From: Kiritimatiellia bacterium
Lineage (GTDB): Bacteria; Verrucomicrobiota; Kiritimatiellia; RFP12; UBA1067
DNA length: 64,000 nucleotides
NCBI GenBank assembly: GCA_050949565.1
Contig: JBMNFY010000008.1
Coordinates: 128,001 to 192,000, forward strand
Reading direction: 5' to 3'
Numbering within the stretch: position 1 is the stretch's first letter; every line of letters begins with the position of its first letter. Both the position numbers and the translations under genes were made by a program. The notes beneath the pieces were generated by a model. It saw only the letters and a program-made list of their open reading frames with translations. It ran no database searches and was not told where the DNA came from. Below are positions 28,756 through 38,368 of the stretch, in pieces.

Positions 28756-29529
28756 TCACAGCCGCTGCACAGAGAGTCCCCCGTCCACATGCACAATTTG
28801 GCCGGTTGAATATAGGAAATCCCCGCGTGCCAGCGACGCAACGGCGCGTCCCACATCTTCAGGTTCGCCCCAGCGTTTCTGAATCAACAAATCGCTGTCC
28901 GCGATGAGCGCGTCGTACTTGTCCTGAACCGGCCCCGTCATATCACTGCGGATAATCCCGGGGCGCACCTCGTACACCGTCACGCCCTCCTGTCCTAACC
29001 GACTCGCAAACAGGCGCGTCATCATGGTCACGCCAGCTTTGGCGACGCAATACTCGCCGCGTGAAACTGAAGCCACCTCCGCCGACACCGAACCGATGTT
29101 GACGATGCATCCGCAGAACGCGGCGTCTGCGCGGCGTTGTTCAACCATCCAGCGCGCCGCCGCCTGTGTCAGGAAGTAAGGACCTTGCAGGTTGATCCGC
29201 ATCACACGTTCGAAGCTCTCTTCAGTCGCTTCGAGCAGGTCCGCGCGCACGCGCGGTGCAACGCCGGCATTGTTGACCAGCACATGGAGCGCGCCGAAAC
29301 GTGCGCGCACCGCCTCCAGCAGCCGCAACCGGTCGGCCGTCTGCGAGACGTCGGCTTGGATGTAGCAAATCTCGCCGCCGCACTGTTGCAGCGTCTCAAG
29401 TTGCGGAGCGGCCGCCTCGGCAGAGCGCGTGCCGCACACCGCCAGCGCATATCCCTCACGCGCCAACGCCTCAGAAATACCCAAGCCGATACCGCGCGCT
29501 CCGCCGGTCACGAGTGCAACACGCTCCAT
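28756..29529 (-). CDS. Short-chain dehydrogenase/reductase (3-ketoacyl-ACP reductase-like)
   Basis: ALVTGGARGIG, VNNAG, YCVAK (YxxxK), VDGG. Confidence 0.92.
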   Translation of the reverse strand: MERVALVTGGARGIGLGISEALAREGYALAVCGTRSAEAAAPQLETLQQCGGEICYIQADVSQTADRLRLLEAVRARFGALHVLVNNAGVAPRVRADLLEATEESFERVMRINLQGPYFLTQAAARWMVEQRRADAAFCGCIVNIGSVSAEVASVSRGEYCVAKAGVTMMTRLFASRLGQEGVTVYEVRPGIIRSDMTGPVQDKYDALIADSDLLIQKRWGEPEDVGRAVASLARGDFLYSTGQIVHVDGGLSVQRL

Positions 29530-29543
29530 GCGCAAGCCTCCTT

Positions 29544-32030
29544 TTAGCATTTGATGTGCGACAGATCGATAGGCGATACATGCCAGATGTCGCGTGCGTA
29601 TTCACGGATCGTGCGGTCCGAAGAGAACCTCCCCGCGCGCGCCACGTTGATCAGGGCCTTGCGGTCCCATGCCAAAGGATCGCGGTAGAGGGCATCGACC
29701 CGATCTTGCGTCTCCATGTAGTTGCGCAGATCCGCGAGCAGCATGTAGTGATCATTGAAGTCCAACAGCGACTGCACGATCGGATCCAGCAGGCCCGGCG
29801 TGAGCAGACAGAAAACGTTACGCCGGATCATGTCGATCGCCAAGCGGATCTCCGGATCCGTGTGGTAGATATGGCGTGCCGAATAGGTCGGACGCATGGC
29901 CCGGACTTCCTCCGTACGCAACCCGAAGATGAACATGTTCTCGTCGCCCACCTCCTCATTGATCTCGACGTTGGCACCGTCGAACGTACCGAGTGTCAGC
30001 GCGCCGTTCAGCATCATCTTCATGTTGCCAGTGCCCGAGGCCTCGTTGCCGGCCAGTGAGATCTGCTCGCTGACATTCGAGGCCGGGATGATCCGCTCAG
30101 CCAACGAAACGCGGTAGTCGGGCAGAAAGACCACGCGAAGTTTGTCTTGGATGCGCGGATTGTTGTTGACCACATCCGCGACACCGTGGATCAACCGGAT
30201 GATCAACTTCGCCATCGCGTAACCGGGCGCGGCCTTGGCGGCGAAAATGAAGGTACGTGGCAGCATGTCGTATGACGGATCGGCTACCAGGCGGTTGTAG
30301 AGCACGATGATATAGAGCGTCAACAGCAACTGACGCTTGTATTCATGCAGACGCTTGACCAGCACGTCGAAGATCGAATCCGGCGAGACCGTGACCCCAA
30401 CCAATGAGTGGATGTGCTCGGCCATGCGCACTTTGTTCTCCTGCTTGACCTTGCGAAAACGCTTGAGGAACGCCTTGTCGTCCAGAAATTCCTCCAGTTT
30501 CCGCAACTGCTCAAGATCGGTGACCCATCCATCGCCGATCGCCTCCGTAATCAAATCCGCCAGTCCCGGATTGGCCTTCAGCAGCCAACGCCGCGGCGTG
30601 ATCCCATTCGTCTTGTTCGAGAAATGGGAGGGGTACATTTCGTAAAAATCCTTGAAGAGCGTTTTCTTCAAGATCTCAGTGTGAAGCTTCGCGACACCGT
30701 TGACAGCACTAGAGCCAACGATCGCGAGATTCGACATGCGCACCGACCTCTCGCCATGTTCGTCGATCAAGCTCATGCGCGCGAGACGCGCCTCGTCGCC
30801 CGGCCACATCGCCGCCACCTGACACAAGAAGCGACCATTGATCTCAAAGATGATCTGCATGTGGCGCGGCAACAGCCGCTCCATCATTGACACACTCCAA
30901 CGCTCCAGCGCCTCGGGCAGGACGGTGTGGTTCGTGTAGCCCGTGCTCGCCCGCGTGATGGACCAGGCCGTGTCCCAATCTATTCCCTCGCGATCCACCA
31001 AGATCCGCATCAACTCGGGGATCACCAGCGCCGGGTGCGTTTCATTGAGATGGATAAATGCTTTCGAGGGCAACGTCGTCCAGTCGTTATTGCGTAAGCG
31101 GAAGCGGCGCAGGATATCCTGCAACGAGCAGGCAACATAGAAGTACTGCTGCCGCAAACGCAGTTCCTTACCCGCCAGAACGTTATCGTTCGGATAGAGA
31201 ACCTTGGTCAGGTTTTCGGCCAGCACCTTGTTCTCCACTGCGGCGACGTACGACCCTTGGTTGAAGTCATCAAGATGAAACTCGTCGTCAGCTTTGGCCG
31301 ACCAGAGGCGCAGGACATTCACAGCCTCGCTGTAGCCCACGATAGGCATATCGTACGGCATGCCCATCACTTTTTCCGTGTCCACCCAGCGCCACTCGGC
31401 ATCCCCGTTACTACCGCTAATACACTCAACGTGCCCGCCAAAATGGACGACCTGCGTGTGCTCAGGCCGGGAGATCTCCCACGGTGTACCGTCCTTCAGC
31501 CAGTGATCCGGCTCCTCTACCTGATGCCCATCGACGATGCGCTGCTTAAAAATCCCGTAATCATAACGCAGCCCGTAGCCCATCGCAGCCAGATTCAGCG
31601 TGGAAAGCGAATCGAGAAAACACGCGGCCAACCGTCCCAAGCCACCATTCCCCAGGCCGGCATCCACCTCGTACTCACGTAGTGAATTCCAGTCGATCCC
31701 CGCGTCCTTCATCGCCTTGTCGCACAACGCATCCATTCGCATGTTGATGACGTTGTTGCCGAGCAGTCGGCCGATCAGAAACTCAAGCGAGAGGTAGTAG
31801 ACATACTTTACGTTCTGGGTGCGATAGGTCTCACGGGTCTCAATCCAACGTTCAACCAAGCGATCACGCACAGTGTAGGCAAACGCGTGGTAGAGATCCC
31901 GCGGTGTCGCAATGTCCAGTGTACTTGCTTGTGTATACCGCAAATGCCGCGCAAAATCCGCCTTGATCCCCTCGACACTCATCTCCGCGAGGCAGGTGTT
32001 GTTCCGCTTGCACGTTTTCTTCGATTCCAT
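29544..32030 (-). CDS. glgP: Glycogen/alpha-glucan phosphorylase
   Basis: LGNGGLGRLAACFLDS, VLYPND, TNHTVLPEALE, TNGITPRRW, KRLHEYKRQ, EASGTGNMK (PLP lysine), FSSDRTI. Confidence 0.96.
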   Translation of the reverse strand: MESKKTCKRNNTCLAEMSVEGIKADFARHLRYTQASTLDIATPRDLYHAFAYTVRDRLVERWIETRETYRTQNVKYVYYLSLEFLIGRLLGNNVINMRMDALCDKAMKDAGIDWNSLREYEVDAGLGNGGLGRLAACFLDSLSTLNLAAMGYGLRYDYGIFKQRIVDGHQVEEPDHWLKDGTPWEISRPEHTQVVHFGGHVECISGSNGDAEWRWVDTEKVMGMPYDMPIVGYSEAVNVLRLWSAKADDEFHLDDFNQGSYVAAVENKVLAENLTKVLYPNDNVLAGKELRLRQQYFYVACSLQDILRRFRLRNNDWTTLPSKAFIHLNETHPALVIPELMRILVDREGIDWDTAWSITRASTGYTNHTVLPEALERWSVSMMERLLPRHMQIIFEINGRFLCQVAAMWPGDEARLARMSLIDEHGERSVRMSNLAIVGSSAVNGVAKLHTEILKKTLFKDFYEMYPSHFSNKTNGITPRRWLLKANPGLADLITEAIGDGWVTDLEQLRKLEEFLDDKAFLKRFRKVKQENKVRMAEHIHSLVGVTVSPDSIFDVLVKRLHEYKRQLLLTLYIIVLYNRLVADPSYDMLPRTFIFAAKAAPGYAMAKLIIRLIHGVADVVNNNPRIQDKLRVVFLPDYRVSLAERIIPASNVSEQISLAGNEASGTGNMKMMLNGALTLGTFDGANVEINEEVGDENMFIFGLRTEEVRAMRPTYSARHIYHTDPEIRLAIDMIRRNVFCLLTPGLLDPIVQSLLDFNDHYMLLADLRNYMETQDRVDALYRDPLAWDRKALINVARAGRFSSDRTIREYARDIWHVSPIDLSHIKC

Positions 32031-32145
32031 ACTACTCCTTCATTGCAATTCCAACGGAAGGCCACAGTATGCCAAAAATACGGCCGCAGGTCACGCCGGT
32101 TGAGTATCTATTTTTTTAGGGCGCGCGTTGCCACTTCGGCGCTCT

Positions 32146-32176
32146 CCCGTCCTGTGGGCGGCGTTCACGCCGCCGA
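32146..32176. repeat. GTGG-type REP (GTGGGCGGCGTTYACGCCGCC)
   Basis: Second copy at 38336-38366 with 2 mismatches. Confidence 0.8.
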
Positions 32177-32202
32177 GGCAAATGACACTTGCCCCGCCCC
32201 TC

Positions 32203-34125
32203 TTACTTCTCGCCGCGCTGCCCGACGCCGCGCTGCATCTGCGCCTGTAACGCAGGCAGGTGGGTCTCGAACACGCCGCGCGGCGTAGTGCCGTGGCGCG
32301 TGCAGAGCGCGGCTGACATGCCGACCACCTCGCCCATCATACCGCCCGTACGCATCACGCGCACCGAGCCGAGCGCCACATGGGTGACGCTGATGTTGCG
32401 CCCCGCCATAAACAGATTGTCCAGCGAGCGGCTGTAGAGGCAGCGATACGGAATGGCGTACGGCTTGATGTTCCGGGTTTTGGAGATGGCACGGAACTCC
32501 TGCCCGGGGAAGTGGCGGCTGTTCTCCGGATGCGGATAGTGAAGATCAATCCCCCACGTCGTGGTGACACAGGCATCGGGATATGCTTTTCTGTCCTCAA
32601 GGTCCTGCTGCCGCAGGATCACATCGCCCAACAGCCGACGGCTCTCGCGCTTGCCGCCGATATAGGCCACCCACACCAGGCGGCGGTTCGCGAACGCCGC
32701 GCGTTTCTCGCTCCGGTTTTTGATGAATGCCCAGTTGCCGAAAGTGGCGCGCAACGCATGGTCGCGAATCTGCTCAATTTCCGTTACCGAACTCATGGTC
32801 AGGCCCGCCTCCCAATCCCAGTCGCCGCGCGTGAGCGGCTGCGCTGTCTCGGACGTGAAGGCCAGCGTCCACGGACACTCTGGGAACGGGACCGGCTCCG
32901 ATGTCATTTCAGAGTACCACTGCACCGAAACCCCCATCATCAGACGGTCGGTCTCTTCAGGTGCCAGCGACTCGCCGGTCTCGCCTTTGGATTCGCGTCC
33001 CTCGCGAAAGTCGGCGCCGGCCAAGAACCCCACGCACCCATCGCCGGTACAATCAGCAAAGAGCGCACCACGGAAACGCTTGTCGCGTCCGGTGACAATG
33101 TCGCGCCCAATCACCGCCGTAATGCGCTTTCCCTCTTTCTCAACCGCTATCACGCGGGTATTCAAAACAAGGACAAGGTTGGTCTCAGCGGTCACCACTC
33201 GCAGTTTCTGCTCGTCTTCATAGTTGCTCGCAGGCCCCGCATTGTGAATCTTTTTCTCCGGATGCTGTTTGATTACCGCGAGCACCTCTTGACTGCGCGG
33301 CAGATCGGGCTGGCGTTTAGCATCGTACAGATTCCAATGGCCAATCGGACCGATCTCGTCAACCAGATCACCGAGCCGCGGATAAGGCTCTTGGTGAATC
33401 TGTCCCGAAAGCCCCACACGCACCTCGGAGCTGTTGTTGCCGCCGAGCACCGGACGATCCTGAATCAGCGCAACCTTACACCCGAGCCGTGCCGCGCTGA
33501 CCGCCGCGCAACAACCGGCCATGCCGCCGCCGACTACCACCAGATCGTAGTTCCCTGCATCGTCGGGCGACTCGGGCAACGCCAGCAGCCGACGGCGCAA
33601 CGCCGCCAGTTCCGGTCCGCTGTCCGGCGGGCGGAACTCAGGATCCGTCGCGAGCAGGATCGCATCGCAGCGACCGTTGAAACCGGTCAGGTCGCGTAAC
33701 GCGATCGAGACCAGTCCAGCCCGCAGATCCACCATCCCACCGTCCTGCCAATGCCACGCCGCTCCCTGCGTGCCGAAGAGCGGTTCAAGCGGCCGATCGT
33801 TGATGAGCACCTTGAACTTTCCCGGCGCACCCGGCGCTTGCCACGTCGCCACCCAGTCCCGCGTCCGAACCCAAACGCGGTACCGACCGGCTTCGGGCAC
33901 GGCGACACGCGTGACGGCATCCGCCACCGGCACACCGAGCCCGTGCGCCATCAGGTAAGGCGACCCCATTTGATCCATCGACTGCTGGTCAATCACCCAA
34001 CCGCCGGTTGAATCAAAACCCTCGGCCTCCACCAGCACCGTAGCGGCATGCAGGACCGCCGCGTATCCGGCGAGCAAAATCCCCATGGCAACTTGATGAC
34101 ATCTATTCGCACGCCTCGATTTCAT
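32203..34125 (-). CDS. Secreted FAD-dependent oxidoreductase with N-terminal carbohydrate-binding-like domain
   Basis: Signal peptide; VEAEGF..GGW domain; DLVVVGGGMAG, GGNNSSE, DCTGDG, KRESRRLLGD, AGRNIS. Confidence 0.87.
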   Translation of the reverse strand: MKSRRANRCHQVAMGILLAGYAAVLHAATVLVEAEGFDSTGGWVIDQQSMDQMGSPYLMAHGLGVPVADAVTRVAVPEAGRYRVWVRTRDWVATWQAPGAPGKFKVLINDRPLEPLFGTQGAAWHWQDGGMVDLRAGLVSIALRDLTGFNGRCDAILLATDPEFRPPDSGPELAALRRRLLALPESPDDAGNYDLVVVGGGMAGCCAAVSAARLGCKVALIQDRPVLGGNNSSEVRVGLSGQIHQEPYPRLGDLVDEIGPIGHWNLYDAKRQPDLPRSQEVLAVIKQHPEKKIHNAGPASNYEDEQKLRVVTAETNLVLVLNTRVIAVEKEGKRITAVIGRDIVTGRDKRFRGALFADCTGDGCVGFLAGADFREGRESKGETGESLAPEETDRLMMGVSVQWYSEMTSEPVPFPECPWTLAFTSETAQPLTRGDWDWEAGLTMSSVTEIEQIRDHALRATFGNWAFIKNRSEKRAAFANRRLVWVAYIGGKRESRRLLGDVILRQQDLEDRKAYPDACVTTTWGIDLHYPHPENSRHFPGQEFRAISKTRNIKPYAIPYRCLYSRSLDNLFMAGRNISVTHVALGSVRVMRTGGMMGEVVGMSAALCTRHGTTPRGVFETHLPALQAQMQRGVGQRGEK

Positions 34126-34179
34126 CCTAACCATCCTTCCTCTTCTTTAAGGCTCTTGAAAAGCCCCTTGCTTGCAGGT

Positions 34180-34228
34180 GTGGCACGGGCATCTTGCCCG
34201 TGTTTCATGGGCGGGACGCCCATGCCAC
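34180..34228. repeat. GTGG-type REP doublet (copy 2)
   Basis: Identical to 12488-12536. Confidence 0.9.
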
Positions 34229-34291
34229 GGGGGACAAGAGTCTCCTTTACTTAACACGCTCACGCTTCGCCATCCGCCGTATTGGCCACCC

Positions 34292-35233
34292 CTACGGCAT
34301 CCGCTTCACTTCGATGTCATACCGCACGGTAAGCGTCGCGCCAGCCTCCAATCCTAAAGGTTCGTGAAAAGCCAGCGACGGACCAACCAGAAAATAACCG
34401 CGCCCCTTGTGCGCTTTGAGATCATGCCGTGCGAACCAAGGCGTCGGATAGCGCGGATTGCCGCCGCGATCGCGGATCACGATCCGCGCACGAGCGCCGG
34501 ACTTCGCCGCCACAGCTATGACCTCCATCCGCTCACTCGATTCGCCGCAGGCCTGAACATCGGCCTTACCTTCAGCATTCGCATAGCGGCAGGCAAGCGC
34601 GTCAACATCGGGGAAGCGCCACATCAACCCCGCATAACCGCCACTGGCCCAATTGCCATCCTTGCCACGTTTGGCGGGCGTACAGGCAAACTCCACCGCT
34701 CCGCCCTGCGCCGTGAATGCGCTCTCCCACGCGATGGTATAGTCGCCGTTGAGCGCTGTGGTCACTTGCACCGTACGCGTTTCGCGCACGAGTTCGCGCC
34801 CGTCCCCCAGATAGGCCAGCGTCGCCTCGATCATCACCTGCTTGTCGGGCGATGGCGTGATCCGCTGCGCCACCACGCGTGTGACGGCGTTGGAGGTGGG
34901 CTCCCAAAAGTTATATCCGTTGATCAATTTCCACGAAAACCACAAGCCCAGATGCCACGCATGATCCGGCGGACGGAAAGCGGTCAATGCCTCGCCCGTA
35001 CCAGGCAACGCCAGCGGATGAAAGTAGGGTTTACCCTCACGGCCCTGCGGCACATAAGTCCAGCACAGCGTCTGACCGACGACCATAGAGACCGCACCGC
35101 TCGCGGCATCCGTTTCCAACCTGCGTGCATCCGCGACCGGCTCACCTACGGACTGCACGGCAAGACACCCCGCCAATGCCACAACCGCCCACGTCCGGAA
35201 TCTGTTCTTGTTCTTAATCAACTCCCTCTTCAC
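34292..35233 (-). CDS. Secreted PmoA-like / DUF6807 family protein
   Basis: Start trimmed (about GTG 35233) because the longer ORF reads through repeats; KPYFHPL, PPDHAWHLGLWFSW, NFWE, YAGL. Confidence 0.8.
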   Translation of the reverse strand: MKRELIKNKNRFRTWAVVALAGCLAVQSVGEPVADARRLETDAASGAVSMVVGQTLCWTYVPQGREGKPYFHPLALPGTGEALTAFRPPDHAWHLGLWFSWKLINGYNFWEPTSNAVTRVVAQRITPSPDKQVMIEATLAYLGDGRELVRETRTVQVTTALNGDYTIAWESAFTAQGGAVEFACTPAKRGKDGNWASGGYAGLMWRFPDVDALACRYANAEGKADVQACGESSERMEVIAVAAKSGARARIVIRDRGGNPRYPTPWFARHDLKAHKGRGYFLVGPSLAFHEPLGLEAGATLTVRYDIEVKRMP

Positions 35234-35334
35234 GACACCGCATCCCTTTCTCAGCGTTGTCTTCAGTGTATCCGCTTCTCGTTGGGAAGACAAGTGGTCT
35301 AAATACCTGTCCTTAGTTGCAGATGCCGAGCTGT

Positions 35335-35560
35335 GTGGCACGGGCATCTTGCCCGTGTGGCGGCGTGAAACACCGCCCGGACGAGCAACGCTCGTCCCTC
35401 CCGGCGCTGCGCGGGGCGGGTACAAGCCCGGCGCGGAGCGGCACCCGCGGTACCCGTAGTGTCGGCAGGATCGGCAGTGCCGGGGAGCCCCGCGCACAGC
35501 GCGGCCGCGCCCCCTAAAACCTCTGCGTCTCTGCGTTAAATAAAGCCGAGCAGCGCCGCG
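35335..35560. repeat. Cluster of REP fragments and simple-repeat modules
   Basis: Half REP at 35335-35357, GACGAGC..GCTCGTC hairpin, CCCGCGCACAGCGCGGC (also at 26772), CTCTGCGT x2 plus CCGAGCAGCGCC linker. Confidence 0.7.
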
Positions 35561-35589
35561 ACAAACTCACGACCTAAAGAGCAACTGCT

Positions 35590-38265
35590 CTACTGCACGC
35601 GAAGCTGCGTTCCTGGCGGGGGGATAGGTGGCGGATTGCCGATGCCGGTGAGCGTCACATCATCCACATACCAGCCGACACTGGACGTGCTCGCATCGGT
35701 GCCCAGACGCCACCTGATGCGCAACGAGTGACCGGCATACTTTGCGGTATTCGTCAGATTCACCACCACTTTGACAAACCCCGAACTGGTCCCCGTCCAC
35801 GCCCGGCGTATGCCCAGCGGATTGTTTCCTACTAGCGAAGTCGTATAATCGCCATATGCAAAAGAGGCACCGGAACCGTAGTCAGTCACGTTAAACCAAT
35901 CGCCGTCGTCCAGCGAAAACTCCAGCACGCCACCGTCCGCCTTTCTCTCGAACGTATAGTCATGCCAGAACGAAAGGCTCAGGTTCTGCGCCGCAGCCGG
36001 GATCGCAATCGGCGGCGAGACCGCACTGGTGTCGGAGTACGTCGCCACCGCAGGCGAGTATAGAGAGCGTGTCGGCGAAACCGCCTTATCGGTGCTCAGA
36101 GCCCACTGGCTTGAGCCGACATCAGATGAGAACGTCCAGCCTTTGGCAACAATGTCGTTGGTCTCGAACGGTTCATACCAGAGCGTTTCAGGCACTGCGA
36201 ACGCATTCCACAGCACAGCCCGCTGTCCGTCCGGATTGGTAACCGTCATACGCCACCAGCCACCGGCCATGCCGGTTGTATCAATCTTCGCGATGGCGCT
36301 GTCGCCCAGTGCCTCAACCTGGCTGCCCGGCACCTCGTCCGCCCCCTGCTTCAGGCTTACCTTGGCCCCCAACATCAAGTGTTCACCACTCAGGGTGAAG
36401 TCGAGCACGCCGACACCGGTGAACGGCGACGATGCAGTCAACACCGGCGCAGGCGCGCGCTGGTCTGGCGCGACACCGCTCAGGATCAGCGAGAAGGGCT
36501 GGTTACCGCCGGTCAGCGTACCCGCAAAGGTTACGCGCGCCGTGTATTCGCCGCTGACGGCAGGCGCGGCAATCAGCACCTGCTCCACGTTGTCCGTCGT
36601 GTTTGAGCCGACAGTCGCGGCGTACGCACACGACTCCAAGCTCCAGTCGCCCACGAACGGCATGACCCACGGCTGATGGACGACAGCATCAAGCCCGATC
36701 ACGCGCAGGTCGAGGTTGTTGACCAAGCGACTCGTCCGGTCATCGTGTCCGCTGGTGGCGGTTCCGGCCGGATCGGTCCAGCAGAGCGTCGCTTTGATGG
36801 GGCTTGCGCCATCCCACGTAAAGGGCACATCAACCTGCGTGCGCGTGGCCGTCACCCGATTCTCCACCACATGCCGGGTGCCGGCGTTGGCGCGATAGGC
36901 AGCCAACAGGTCGGCCGCCGCCTGTACATTGATCAGGCCCCATCCATATTCGTAGTCCGGTCCCGCCCGCCCCAGATCGTCCGCCGTGTGGATCAGCAAC
37001 GCCTTCAACGTGCTGGCGCGCATCACCTGATTGGTGAAGAGTGTGTGAAACAGATGCACCAGCAACTGCGCCGAACCCGCCGCGCTCGGCGTGGCCATGC
37101 TGGTGCCGTACATCGATTTGTAGGACGCGTCATCCGTATTCGAAGTCGACCATAGATAGTAGCCATTGGCCGTCACATCGGGTTTGATGCGTCCGTCGTC
37201 GGTCGGCCCCCAGGATGAAAAGCTGGTCATCCCCGCGTAGCCCAGATTCCGTACCCCGCCGCTGACCGCGCCACGCAGCGCACCAACAGTCAGGACGTTC
37301 TTGCCGAGGCCATCATAACTCAGCGTGTCGTAGCCGTTTTTGTAAACCTTGTCACCGGGCGGATGCAGCGCCGGATCGTAAGCCACCGATGCGCCTCCGG
37401 GAATGAGCGCCACGCTGTCGCCCTGTTTGGGATTGTCGAGACGGTCATTGCCAGCCGCCCAGAAGATCAGGTAGTACGGCAGCGAATAGGCCAACGTGTC
37501 GATGTCGCGCGCATAGGCGTTGTACTGGCCGAAGTGATCCTCGTATCCAGCCGCGTCCATGCCTGTGCCATACCAGGTATAGGCCGGCGACTGGGTGTAA
37601 GCCCATCCCGCATACATGCCGTAGCTATGGCTGGAGATATTGATCATGCCGGCCTCGCCGGGTACTGCGGCACCTCGTTCGGCCATCTCGCTGACGTCGT
37701 CGGTCCAGTCGTAGCTGTCTACGCGCACAGCCGGCGCCATGCCTTTGGCCGCAGCATCGATTCCGGCGGCGCAGATCGTGCCCACCACGTGCGAGGCGTG
37801 GTCGGAGGAGGCGCTGGCCCCGTCCATCGAGGTGACGCGTCCGCCATACTCCCGATGTGTCGTGCGGGCTGAACTGGCATCCCACACCCCCACAGTCCCG
37901 CCCTCACCGTTGACGCCGTAAGGCGCAACCCACAGCAGGTTCGCCCCGGACGAAATTCCAGCGTTAGCGTTACAGGTGGTACGGTAGAGCGGCCGTTCGC
38001 CGTCAAAGTCCATCAGTTCGAACGCGCCGCCGCCGGGCTTCTCCCCCTTGATCGGCAAGCCGCGCTGCTTCGCGCGCGCCCAAGCCGCCTCGCGCCGTGT
38101 GCGCGCGGCTTCGGCCTGCGTGGTCACCGTACGCCGACGCACCTCAGGATCGCGCCATACCGCAGGCGCGTTGACCACATCGGCGGCACCCTGCCGCGTC
38201 TGCGGCCAGACGGCAAACGCCCATGCCGCCATCGCTGTCATAACGATCACAGCACGTTTTTTCAT
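35590..38265 (-). CDS. Secreted subtilisin-like S8 serine peptidase with C-terminal beta-sandwich domains
   Basis: Signal peptide MKKRAVIV...; triad GVWD, HASHVVGTI, GTSMATP; AAGND oxyanion; GRIKPD; ends PPPGTQLRVQ. Confidence 0.92.
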   Translation of the reverse strand: MKKRAVIVMTAMAAWAFAVWPQTRQGAADVVNAPAVWRDPEVRRRTVTTQAEAARTRREAAWARAKQRGLPIKGEKPGGGAFELMDFDGERPLYRTTCNANAGISSGANLLWVAPYGVNGEGGTVGVWDASSARTTHREYGGRVTSMDGASASSDHASHVVGTICAAGIDAAAKGMAPAVRVDSYDWTDDVSEMAERGAAVPGEAGMINISSHSYGMYAGWAYTQSPAYTWYGTGMDAAGYEDHFGQYNAYARDIDTLAYSLPYYLIFWAAGNDRLDNPKQGDSVALIPGGASVAYDPALHPPGDKVYKNGYDTLSYDGLGKNVLTVGALRGAVSGGVRNLGYAGMTSFSSWGPTDDGRIKPDVTANGYYLWSTSNTDDASYKSMYGTSMATPSAAGSAQLLVHLFHTLFTNQVMRASTLKALLIHTADDLGRAGPDYEYGWGLINVQAAADLLAAYRANAGTRHVVENRVTATRTQVDVPFTWDGASPIKATLCWTDPAGTATSGHDDRTSRLVNNLDLRVIGLDAVVHQPWVMPFVGDWSLESCAYAATVGSNTTDNVEQVLIAAPAVSGEYTARVTFAGTLTGGNQPFSLILSGVAPDQRAPAPVLTASSPFTGVGVLDFTLSGEHLMLGAKVSLKQGADEVPGSQVEALGDSAIAKIDTTGMAGGWWRMTVTNPDGQRAVLWNAFAVPETLWYEPFETNDIVAKGWTFSSDVGSSQWALSTDKAVSPTRSLYSPAVATYSDTSAVSPPIAIPAAAQNLSLSFWHDYTFERKADGGVLEFSLDDGDWFNVTDYGSGASFAYGDYTTSLVGNNPLGIRRAWTGTSSGFVKVVVNLTNTAKYAGHSLRIRWRLGTDASTSSVGWYVDDVTLTGIGNPPPIPPPGTQLRVQ

Positions 38266-38286
38266 GCGTTTGCCGTCCGTCGCCCG

Positions 38287-38328
38287 CCTTATTGCGACCA
38301 CCCAGTGGTCGCAATGTTGAGTGTAAAA
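38287..38328. repeat. Palindromic repeat ATTGCGACCAC-CCA-GTGGTCGCAAT plus tail (intact member of the IS-target family)
   Basis: Matches 13736-13777. Confidence 0.88.
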
Positions 38329-38335
38329 TGCGCAC

Positions 38336-38366
38336 CCCGTTCTGTGGGCGGCGTTTACGCCGCCGA
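38336..38366. repeat. GTGG-type REP (copy 2 of 32146-32176)
   Basis: Immediately downstream of the ppdK stop. Confidence 0.8.
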
Positions 38367-38368
38367 CC

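Noticed and set aside
35234-35497. N-terminal extension of the PmoA-like ORF
   Set aside because: Reads through REP sequence; the signal peptide begins further downstream.
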